Assembly (NCBI GenBank): GCA_963745835.1
Contig: CAVUZH010000025.1
Coordinates: 64,001-128,000 of the forward strand
DNA length: 64,000 nucleotides
Direction: 5' to 3'
From: an uncultured delta proteobacterium
Lineage (GTDB): Bacteria; Desulfobacterota; Binatia; UBA9968
Position 1 is the first letter of the stretch, and each line of letters opens with the position of its first letter. The position numbers were made by a program, and so were the translations under genes. This document shows positions 8,336 through 17,174 of this stretch, in pieces. The notes below the pieces were generated by a model. It did not search any database, was not told the DNA's origin, and saw only the letters and a list, made by a program, of their open reading frames with translations.

Positions 8336-9302
8336 TTGCTCTTGTTCGTCATCGCCGCTCTGCTCTTTGTGCTTTGCTTCTCCGCTGAGGCGCAGCAGCC
8401 AAGGAAGATTGCTCGGATAGGTTATCTGAACCCGGGAGACCCCGTCAGCAGGCTTTATCGCATCGAGGCATTCCGCCAAGGGCTGAAAGAGCTCGGATAC
8501 ATAGAGGGAAAAAATATTATCATCGAGTATCGGTTCGCAGAGGCCAGGCCGGAACGGTTACCCGAGTTGGCGCGAGAGCTTGTCGGTCTAAAGGTCGACA
8601 TTATCTTTGCGGGAGGCGGGCCAGCAACGAAGGCCGCTAAGAACGCGACCCAGATGATCCCGATTGTCACAAGCAGTCAGGACCCTGTTGGGCAGGGGTT
8701 TGTCGCCGGCTTACCGCGACCGGGTGGAAACATTACCGGACTGACCAACCTTACCTCCGAGCTGGTCGGAAAACGGCTTGAGCTGCTCAAGGAGGTGATT
8801 CCGCAGCTATCCCGCGTCGCCGTCCTTTGGACTCCAGATCATCCTGCGTCCACAACCTGGAGAAGGACCGAGGTTGCCGCTCAATCCCTGGGCGTGCAGC
8901 TCCAGGCCGCAGAAGCTACGAGATCGAGACGATTTAGAGCCCGCATTCGCAGCTATAAAAAGAGAACGTGCTGAGGCCCTGTTCATGATACGGAGCCCCA
9001 TCGTTAATGACCTGACAAAACGGATCGTCGATCTTGCGGCCAAGAGCCGGCTACCGGCGATCTACGATGAGAAAAGATTTCCGCAGCTTGGTGGCCTGAT
9101 GAGTTATGGAACCGATCTGGCTGATCTGGACCGGCGTGCGGCAATCTACATTGATAAGATTCTCAAGGGAGCCAAGCCGGCGGATCTCCCGATAGAACGG
9201 CCGACGAAGTTCGAGCTGGTGATCAACCTCAAGACAGCCAAAGCACTGGGATTGAAAATTCCTGCGCACCTCCTCATGGAGGCAGACGGGGTGATTGAGT
9301 GA
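8336..9302 (+). CDS. ABC transporter substrate-binding protein (ABC_sub_bind/PF04392-like), one frameshift near 8915
   Basis: AEAQQPRKIARIGYL, AFRQGLKELGYIEGKNIIIEYR, PGGNITGLT, GGLMSYG, KGAKPADLPIERPTKFELVINLKTAKALG. Confidence 0.9.
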
Positions 9303-9447
9303 GTCAATTTTTGAATTTCGATGTGCGATTGCCGGAAATAGACGAACGAATCATTAGACGGACGAGATTTTCGGATTCTCGGATTGACGGATATTGTACG
9401 AATCCTTCCGAGGATAATGAAGGGCCTCGAGTGAAAGCAGTCAGCGG

Positions 9448-11415
9448 GTGAGTATGCCTGCATTAATCCAAAAGCTAAAATCGACAATCCAAAATAAAAG
9501 GGTCCGCTGGAAGCGGGCTCGTCTAGTTCGCCATTATTTCCTCATATCCCTGGTTCTGATCAGCGGCGGGCTTATCACGAGCGGACTCAGCGAACTTTAT
9601 TTCCGTTATCGGGAGAGTGCAGCAGACCTTGTACGGCTTCAACAGGAAATTACCTCCGGGGCCGCCTCGAAAATCGAGCAATTTGTCCAAGAGATCGAGC
9701 GCACGACGAGAGGAGCCGCCAAAAGCCGTGAAATCACGGAGAAAGGACTCTCACCGGAATATCGGTTCGAGTTGAGACGGCTCCTCGCTATCGCCCCGGC
9801 TATCACAGAGGCAGTGGCAATCGACAGCGATGGAATATCTCGAGTAGCCGTGTCGCGTCTTACCCGCGTTTTACCGGCAGATAAGAAAATCGATTCCGCG
9901 TTGCCGGCGCTCCAGTTGGCCAAAGAAGGAAAGTCCTATTTCGGTCCCGTCTACTTTTATAGGGATTCTGAGCCTTACATGACAATTGCCGTTCCCATCG
10001 AGCGATACGTGGGACGGCTGATTGGAGTGCTTCAAGTTCAGGTCAATCTAAAATACGTTTGGGATTTGGTATCGAAGCTAAAAGTCGGAACCGAAGGTTA
10101 CGCTTATGCTGTAGCGCGCAACGGCGATCTCATCGCGCACCCGGACATTAGCCTCGTATTGCAACGCCGCAACGTAGCGCACCTCGATCAAGTGCGTTCG
10201 GCATTGCAACCCCAAACCGACGCAGAAAGCCCGACATGGACGATAGCGAAGAATCTTCGAGGGCCGGCGGGTTTTTAGCTCCTGGTCGCCGATACCCGAT
10301 ACTCGGCTGGGCGGTATTCGTTGAGCAACCGGTCGAAGAAGTCTATGGCCCACTCTATGCGTCGTTGTTTAGAACTTCCGGTTTCCTGCTCGCTGGGTCT
10401 TGGCATGGCGCTTGTTGCCTCTTTGTTTGTTGCCCGGCGAGTCGTTCGGCCATTGGAAACATTGAGACATGGGGTCGAGCGATTGGCGGCTGGCGATCTG
10501 AATTCACGCCTGGAGTTGAAAACTGGAGATGAGATCGAAGTGCTCGCGGAAGAGTTCAACAAAATGACGCAGAATCTCCAACAGGCTCACGCCGGCTTGG
10601 AACACAAAGTCGCGGCGAGAACCCAGGAGCTTGCTGTTGCCAACGAGAGACTAAAGGAGCTTGGATCACTTGAAATCAGACTTTGTCTCCAACGTCTCTC
10701 ACGAACTGAGGACGCCGCTCACGGCAATCAAAGGCGCCGTGGATCTTGTGCTGCGCGAGGTGGCGGGACCACTCACCGAGAAGCAAATATCATTATCTCA
10801 CCCGCGTGCAGATCGAATACGCAGCATCTGGCCGGATTGATCAACGATCTTTTGGATCTCTCCAAGATCGAATCGGGAAAGATCGAGATCAAATCTAGTC
10901 GTGTTTCCCTGGGTGGTCTCGTGCATGAGGTGGTGGAGAGCTTGCGGCCGATTGCGGCAGAGAAGTCATTACCCTTGAAGCGACCTTCCGTGAACCGTCC
11001 ATTCTGGTCTGGGCGGATCGGGACAAGGTCAATCAAGTCCTGATGAACCTGATCGGCAATGCAATCAAGTTCACGCCTGTTCAGGGCAGGGTTACGGTCT
11101 CAGCGTCAAGAGATGAAGAAGAAAACGTGCAGGTGTCTGTGTCCGATACTGGTCCGGGAGTACCACCCGGATGAATCGGAAAAAATTTTTGAGAAGTTTT
11201 ATCAGATCACCGAAGCGGAAGGGACGAAGCCAAAGGGCACGGGTCTTGGTCTCGCGATTTGCAAATCCCTTGTGGCACTGCACGGCGGCAAGATCTGGGT
11301 AGAGCCCAAACCAACTGGCGGCAGCATTTTTTGCTTTACTCTGCCTGTAGCCATATCCGTAGATGTCAAATCGCCGGCCATATGCGCATATGAATGTCAG
11401 CTGATTTTCACATGA
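9448..11415 (+). CDS. Membrane sensor histidine kinase (Cache-HAMP-HisKA-HATPase), several frameshifts
   Basis: TM helix, Cache-like periplasmic region, HAMP (GDEIEVLAEEFNKM), VSHELRTPL H-box in an alternate frame near 10695, DLLDLSKIESG, GTGLGLAIC...HGGKIWVE. Confidence 0.85.
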
Positions 11416-12764
11416 AAACTCTTAGCGGAACGATCGTCGTCGCTGACGACGACGCCGATATTCGCGACATCCTAAGGGACACGCTGAACACCCTCGGCGC
11501 CAGGGTTATTACGGCAGAAGATGGCCGCGAATGTTTAGATCGCGTCGCGCAGGACGCCCCGGATGTACTCCTTCTCGATATCGAGATGCCGATTAAAAGT
11601 GGTCTTCAGGTGCTGCAGGAGTTACGGCAGCGCGGCAATGAAACGACTGTCATCATGATCACCGCCTACGGCACCATTGAGCGCGCCGTGCAGGCGATGA
11701 AGCACGGCGCCTATGATTTTATCACCAAGCCGTTCGATCTCGATCATATCTCGCTGGTTGTCGAAAAGGCGTTGGAGCGCGAAAAGCTTAAACGCGGTCT
11801 CGAACACTTCGCCGAAGAAACGGGCGAGCGCTACCGGCTGGTTGGCGGCGAAAGCCCGAAGATGCGAGAGGCGGTCGAGACCGCCAGGAAGGCGGCAATC
11901 AGCAAATCAACAGTCTTGCTTCTAGGGGAGAGCGGTACGGGGAAAGAAGTCTTTGCCCGGGCAATCCATAACTGGAGCGAAAGAAAGGGAGAGCCCTTCA
12001 TCGCAATCAATTGCGTAGGTCTGGGAAGAGAACTCCTGGAGAGCGAGCTTTTCGGCTACGAAAAGGGCGCATTCACCGGAGCGCATCAGCTCAAGAAGGG
12101 CAGGATCGAGTTGGCGCATGGCGGCACAGTTTTTCTCGATGAGGTAGGCGATATCTCAGCAGAGCTCCAAACCAAATTATTAAGGTTTCTTCAGGAACGG
12201 GAGTTTGAGCGGGTTGGAGGAACTCAGTCTATTGCAGTCGATGTTCGGGTGATAGCGGCGACGAACCGAGACCTGTTGAACGCTATGAAGGATGGCCGCT
12301 TTCGCGAGGATCTGTACTATCGCCTAAACGTGATTCCAGTCTCGCTTCCGCCATTGCGAGAACGGAAGGAGGATATCCCGATCTTAGCGAAATATTTCGT
12401 TCGGCGTTTTGCCAAAGAGACGAAGAAAACATTCACCGCGATCACGGCTGACGCTGAAGCCAAGCTCGTTTGCTACCGCTGGCCGGGGAACGTCCGCGAG
12501 TTGGCAAACGTCATTGAACGTGTTGCCGTACTAAGCGATGGACCGGAAATAGCGGGTGAAGATTTGCCACCGCGGATTGCCGACACGGAGACGAACAGCG
12601 CGGCGGACGGGTTTTCATATCGCCAAGCGGTAGATTCTGCCAGAGCCGATGTTATCAAAAGAGCCCTTGCTCACACCCATGGAAATCGCGCCGCCGCGGC
12701 AAGAACCCTCGGCCTGCACAAAACTCATCTTCTGAATCTAATGAAAACGCTGAGTATCGAGTAA
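11412..12764 (+). CDS. sigma54-dependent NtrC/AtoC-family response regulator
   Basis: REC domain (ADDD, LLDIEMP), GESGTGKE, ESELFGYEKGAFTGA, FLDEVG, WPGNVREL, C-terminal Fis-type HTH. Confidence 0.95.
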   Translation: MKTLSGTIVVADDDADIRDILRDTLNTLGARVITAEDGRECLDRVAQDAPDVLLLDIEMPIKSGLQVLQELRQRGNETTVIMITAYGTIERAVQAMKHGAYDFITKPFDLDHISLVVEKALEREKLKRGLEHFAEETGERYRLVGGESPKMREAVETARKAAISKSTVLLLGESGTGKEVFARAIHNWSERKGEPFIAINCVGLGRELLESELFGYEKGAFTGAHQLKKGRIELAHGGTVFLDEVGDISAELQTKLLRFLQEREFERVGGTQSIAVDVRVIAATNRDLLNAMKDGRFREDLYYRLNVIPVSLPPLRERKEDIPILAKYFVRRFAKETKKTFTAITADAEAKLVCYRWPGNVRELANVIERVAVLSDGPEIAGEDLPPRIADTETNSAADGFSYRQAVDSARADVIKRALAHTHGNRAAAARTLGLHKTHLLNLMKTLSIE

Positions 12765-12790
12765 AGATGAGCGTCGATTCTGGTGTTTGA

Positions 12791-13666
12791 CTACAACAGG
12801 AGAAAATCGCTTACCGTCTGGGCTAATGCTTCAGGATTGTCTTGATGCACCATATGGCCGGCATTTTCGATGATGACATGACGCCGGTTTGAAATCGCTT
12901 CGAAACGTTTTTCTTTGTCGGTGCGTTTGGTTTGATGGCTCTCTTTGCCTTCGATGGTAAGCGTCGGACATTCTATGCGGCGCAGGAACTCAATAGCCTG
13001 CTCCGTGTAGAAAGGCTGCGGCGCAGTGGTGCGATGCAGCGGATCGAATTTCCAAACCCATTTGCCGCTAGTGTTTTGCCTCATTCCGGTGTGGGCCAAC
13101 TCCAAGGCAAACTCACTATTCAATCGCGGGTTAGTCTGCTGTAACTGCTTGGCTCCGGCGTCTATGCTGGTGTACTGCCGAAAGTGATTTCGTCCTCTCT
13201 CCCGCACCTCGGAGATCCACTTCTCCATCCGAGGCGGCGCGTCTGAAAAGAGTGATCCCGGAGGCCCCACGCCTTCGATCAGCACCAAACTGGCTACTTG
13301 TTTTGGAAATGTAGCGGTGTAAAGAAATGATATCGTGCCGCCCATGGAATGACCGATGAGTGACAGGTGTGACGCGCCGAGATTCTGAATCAGGCAGTGG
13401 AGATCAAAAACATAGTCAGGAAAATGGTAATACCCGCCGGTGCCAACCCAGCCGCTGTCGCCGTGGCCTCGGCAGTCCGGTGCGACAATCCACAACGGTT
13501 TTTTACTTTTGCTTTGAAGAGACGTTATGAATGGGCGCCAGCTGTGCGCATGATCTAAGAATCCATGCACAAGTATCATTAATTCGTCTGCCGGCGCGCC
13601 CCACTCTAAATAATGAATATTCAAGCCGGCTGCATCGATACTTTTCTCGCGATATCCGGCTTCCAC
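12791..13666 (-). CDS. alpha/beta-fold hydrolase
   Basis: LVHGFLD, PDCRGHGDS, GHSMGG nucleophile elbow, AGHMVHQDNP. Confidence 0.9.
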   Translation of the reverse strand: MEAGYREKSIDAAGLNIHYLEWGAPADELMILVHGFLDHAHSWRPFITSLQSKSKKPLWIVAPDCRGHGDSGWVGTGGYYHFPDYVFDLHCLIQNLGASHLSLIGHSMGGTISFLYTATFPKQVASLVLIEGVGPPGSLFSDAPPRMEKWISEVRERGRNHFRQYTSIDAGAKQLQQTNPRLNSEFALELAHTGMRQNTSGKWVWKFDPLHRTTAPQPFYTEQAIEFLRRIECPTLTIEGKESHQTKRTDKEKRFEAISNRRHVIIENAGHMVHQDNPEALAQTVSDFLLL

Positions 13667-13747
13667 GCAAGCCTCATTATTTACGTTATGTATCGTTGAA
13701 GCGCCGATTTGGTTCCGAGATATAGAGCTCTGATATCGTTCTATGTG

Positions 13748-14233
13748 CTAATAATTTTGCTCGGAGGTATCTACGGTAACTTCGGTAAAATCTTTTTCTT
13801 CCTCCGACCAGATATAAGCACGGATATCTCTAATTTCCCGATGATAGAGGGATACGACGATCTGGGCGGTTTCAGGAAAAATAGGTTCCCCAAAAGGACT
13901 GGCGAAGGCTTTGTCCTCTTCGGAGAAGTACGCGTTGTGATCAGGGTGAGAGTGATAGAAGGCTTTGAGTTTGGCGCCGTTCAATGCGGCGTTGTCGATG
14001 ATCCTTTCCAATTCCTTCGGATCCACGGCGTAGGCAATGGCTGCGGTTCTTGGATAAGTTTGCGGATCGAGGGCGTGGAGCTGGTTCTGAATATTATTCA
14101 GGCGCTGGACGTAGTCGGCCGTGCCGTCGGTCAGAACGATTCCGCAGCATTCCTCAGGAAACGTTTCCTCGGCGTGTTTGCAGATAGCTTTCGATGCTTC
14201 CTTTGAGAGCACTAACGACCGGCGTGTATTCAT
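13748..14233 (-). CDS. JAB/Mov34 (MPN+) metallopeptidase, Mec-like
   Basis: PEECCG and YHSHPDHNAYFSEED (JAMM E...HxH...S..D motif). Confidence 0.9.
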   Translation of the reverse strand: MNTRRSLVLSKEASKAICKHAEETFPEECCGIVLTDGTADYVQRLNNIQNQLHALDPQTYPRTAAIAYAVDPKELERIIDNAALNGAKLKAFYHSHPDHNAYFSEEDKAFASPFGEPIFPETAQIVVSLYHREIRDIRAYIWSEEEKDFTEVTVDTSEQNY

Positions 14234-14309
14234 GTTCGCGCACCTGATCTTCTTTCATTAACACAAGAACGGCAGGGGTTGCCAACATAACCAACGGCTG
14301 GGTTAGTTC

Positions 14310-15008
14310 TCAGAACGTGACCGGCTTGATCTTTTTGAATTTTTGATGCGTTGCGAGGACTGCGGTTGCATATTCGTCGGTGTATTCGATCTGGTTCTCC
14401 ATACGGATCCGAAGTTCGTTCGGTCCAAGATTGTAGGCGATTAGAGCTTTACTCAGATTCTGAAAGCTTTTTCGAAGATCATGCAAATAGTAAGTGCCAA
14501 GCTTGATATTGACAATGGGATCATCGAGATGCTCGGGCGTGAATTGCTCCGCTTTGATCTCTTCGGCCAATTCGCGCACCCTTCTGACAAGAAACTTTCC
14601 CGTCGCCGGCATGATCTGCATGATCCCTCTGGCGCCGGCGGGTGAGATTGCGCCGAATTGAAATTTGCTTTCAACGTCGATCACGGCCAGGATCAGTATC
14701 GGGTCCAGTTTATATTTGGAACTTTCCTTAAGAATGACTTCTGACAACTCCCATGCTTCCCGTTCCATGATGTCAGGCCGATTCGCCTCAATGATGGAAA
14801 AAATTTTCACGAGCTCCCGCGAGCGCGGCTTTTCGCTAGTGCGAGCTTGTAGGGCTAGAATCGGCTCTATTGTTTGGTAGTGCTGCGGTATGTAGCCGGT
14901 GGCGACGAGTCCTGGCAATAACAGGATGACGGTTATCGCGAGCTTCAAGCAGTTCGTCGTCCTCCAACACAAAGTATGAGTGGGCGTTTTCTTGGGACGT
15001 TTCTCCAT
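14310..15008 (-). CDS. Lytic transglycosylase (SLT domain)
   Basis: LAVIDVESKF, AISPAGARGIMQIMPATG, ALIAYNLGP; N-terminal TM segment. Confidence 0.9.
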   Translation of the reverse strand: MEKRPKKTPTHTLCWRTTNCLKLAITVILLLPGLVATGYIPQHYQTIEPILALQARTSEKPRSRELVKIFSIIEANRPDIMEREAWELSEVILKESSKYKLDPILILAVIDVESKFQFGAISPAGARGIMQIMPATGKFLVRRVRELAEEIKAEQFTPEHLDDPIVNIKLGTYYLHDLRKSFQNLSKALIAYNLGPNELRIRMENQIEYTDEYATAVLATHQKFKKIKPVTF

Positions 15009-15217
15009 ACTTAGACCTCAGTGGATTTCTATTAGTGGTGGATCTGCGGGAGCGAAGATACAAAAGCTATGAGTTAGGTAGCAAAGGAGCTGATTTTTGT
15101 CAACGTAAATTTTGCGTTTTTGCATTCACACAGGAGCATCGGTGTCATTGCCGAGAGCTGATTTTACTTTTTGAACTCACAATCTCACTAACCCGTCCTT
15201 TCTTATTTCTCGGCGTT

Positions 15218-15255
15218 AAAAAACAAAGGGCAGAGAAAAAATCCCTGCCCTTTGT
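15218..15255 (-). terminator. Rho-independent terminator of the UbiD-like gene
   Basis: Minus strand ACAAAGGGCAGGGA-TTTTT-TCTCTGCCCTTTGT followed by a T-run. Confidence 0.75.
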
Positions 15256-15282
15256 ACTCGAACCGTGACTGTGTGCTGGAAA

Positions 15283-16857
15283 CTATCTACCGGTGCGCGC
15301 CAATGAGTGTACCCAACCCTGCATCCGCGCCTTGGCGTTTTGAATATCTTTTTCACTGAACCATTTCTTGAGATCTATTTTGTCGACAGGATAAACCGGT
15401 CGCATAAAGTCGCTCTCATAACCAAAAGGAACAGTGGCATCGATGCCCATGCCGCCCTCAAACATCGTATTTGACGCGGTCCATTCCCGCTCACCGGCAG
15501 TCATCCTCTCAGCCGGCATGAAGGTTTGACCGCGGCCGCCCGGTAGCGGATTGATAATATCGGTTTTGGGGTTGACCCGAGTTGTCAGACACCACATCAC
15601 GTCATCCATGTCGTAGGGATCGGCGTCTTCGCTGACCGCGATGACGACCCGGGATCCCTGTGAGGTCGCAAGAATCGCTGCCATAAAGTTGCGCTGCCAG
15701 CCTTCCTCGATTTTGTTGCGCTTCTTAACTTGAATGATCGCCCCTCCCCAATCGGTCATGCAGTAGGGAATGTTGACGTCCATGATGATGCCCGGCTGCA
15801 TTCGTTCGCATAGCTCGAACATCGCCGCCTCACGCACGGTGGTGTCGATGTTGTGGTCATCGAGAGTGTGCACGCCCAGCGGGAAGATAATCGGCTTGCT
15901 CTCACGTTTGCGCGTGGTGACCGCCGTGACGTGAAAAGTCGGCGCCTTGTAGGCTTTGCCCATATAGCCGGCCCATTCCGGGTGGAAATGGTAGCGGCCT
16001 TGTACGCCGGCCTTTTCGGCCTCTGCGGTTTCGAAACGTCGGTCTCTCGGGTTGAGATAACCTTCGAGAACGACTTCAGCATCGGCAACGGCCAGTGCGT
16101 CCACGGTGCGCGCTTTGACCAGCCGCACCGGAAAACCCTGCACGGCTCCCGCCATACCGATTTCATCGCAGCCCTGCGGCAAAATCACGTAATCAAAACC
16201 TGAGCCTGCCAGCAGGCTCGATGATGGGGGCAAGCCAAAGTTCATCGTGATCGGCACAAGCTTGTTGTCTTTGTAGTACTTGGTAACGACTTGCCAACTA
16301 TGTGACCCGGGAGAAATTTGGAAAGTGCCAACATTTCCCCAGCGGAAGTTCATGCGGTTATAACCGATGTGTGATCCACCATCGAAGTACTCACCCGATA
16401 TCAAGCCGTTGCCGGAACCAACGGTTAGCTCGGGCTCGATATCCGTGTGACGGATCGGAACGACAAACTCGTTGGCGTCAGCAGGTTTCTCATAGACTTC
16501 TTCTTGGACCGGAGCATCCTTTTGATCGATGATCACCGGCGGAATCGGATGAGTTAGAGCGTATGCCAGTTTCCTGGTGCGGTCAGCGTGATCTTTCCAG
16601 CCGAACAGCTTGCCGATCACATTCATGTCGCCAAAAAGATTGGTGATGCAGCGATGGTGTGGCTTTCCTTTGATGTTGTTGAAAAGAATCGGGCAACCAC
16701 CGTCCAATTGTTTCTGAATTCCGGTGATTTCCAGGTCGGGATCGACCTCTTTGTCGGTCACGATGAGGTCGCCGTTTTTCTTCATCCACTCTATGGCGGT
16801 CCGTAAATCCCTGACGGATTCGACCGGAGCGCTGTCTCGTTTCTCAGCCTTAGCCAT
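15283..16857 (-). CDS. UbiD-family (prFMN-dependent) decarboxylase
   Basis: KEVDPDLEI, GYNRM, AEVVLEG, PEWAGY, VIAVSEDADPYDMDDVMWCLTTRVNP, MGIDATVP; RBS GGAGG. Confidence 0.88.
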   Translation of the reverse strand: MAKAEKRDSAPVESVRDLRTAIEWMKKNGDLIVTDKEVDPDLEITGIQKQLDGGCPILFNNIKGKPHHRCITNLFGDMNVIGKLFGWKDHADRTRKLAYALTHPIPPVIIDQKDAPVQEEVYEKPADANEFVVPIRHTDIEPELTVGSGNGLISGEYFDGGSHIGYNRMNFRWGNVGTFQISPGSHSWQVVTKYYKDNKLVPITMNFGLPPSSSLLAGSGFDYVILPQGCDEIGMAGAVQGFPVRLVKARTVDALAVADAEVVLEGYLNPRDRRFETAEAEKAGVQGRYHFHPEWAGYMGKAYKAPTFHVTAVTTRKRESKPIIFPLGVHTLDDHNIDTTVREAAMFELCERMQPGIIMDVNIPYCMTDWGGAIIQVKKRNKIEEGWQRNFMAAILATSQGSRVVIAVSEDADPYDMDDVMWCLTTRVNPKTDIINPLPGGRGQTFMPAERMTAGEREWTASNTMFEGGMGIDATVPFGYESDFMRPVYPVDKIDLKKWFSEKDIQNAKARMQGWVHSLARTGR

Positions 16858-17174
16858 TGCTTTCCTCCAGAATAATTTATCTATCTGACTATTATAGTTA
16901 GCACAGTATGGACACGGACAGTAAGTACCAGCGGATCTTAAAATCGATGCCCGAATCTAGACCATGACAGCTAAAATGCGTGGAAGATCTTTTGATTGGG
17001 GTTATCTGACATCGATCAAAAAGTCAACGAAACCAGCAGCGCGCAATGCTTCTATTTACGTATGTTTTTACCGTCTTATTTAGCGCTCCTGATAAGCAAT
17101 CAACCCTTTACAGTCTTCGACGGGCTTGCTATCACTGCGGATTGTTTCTGTAGGAGTTCGTCCGGGAGAAAATA

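Noticed and set aside
13748-14233. CBASS/ubiquitin-like anti-phage system
   Set aside because: No cyclase, E1/E2 or effector genes nearby; housekeeping context
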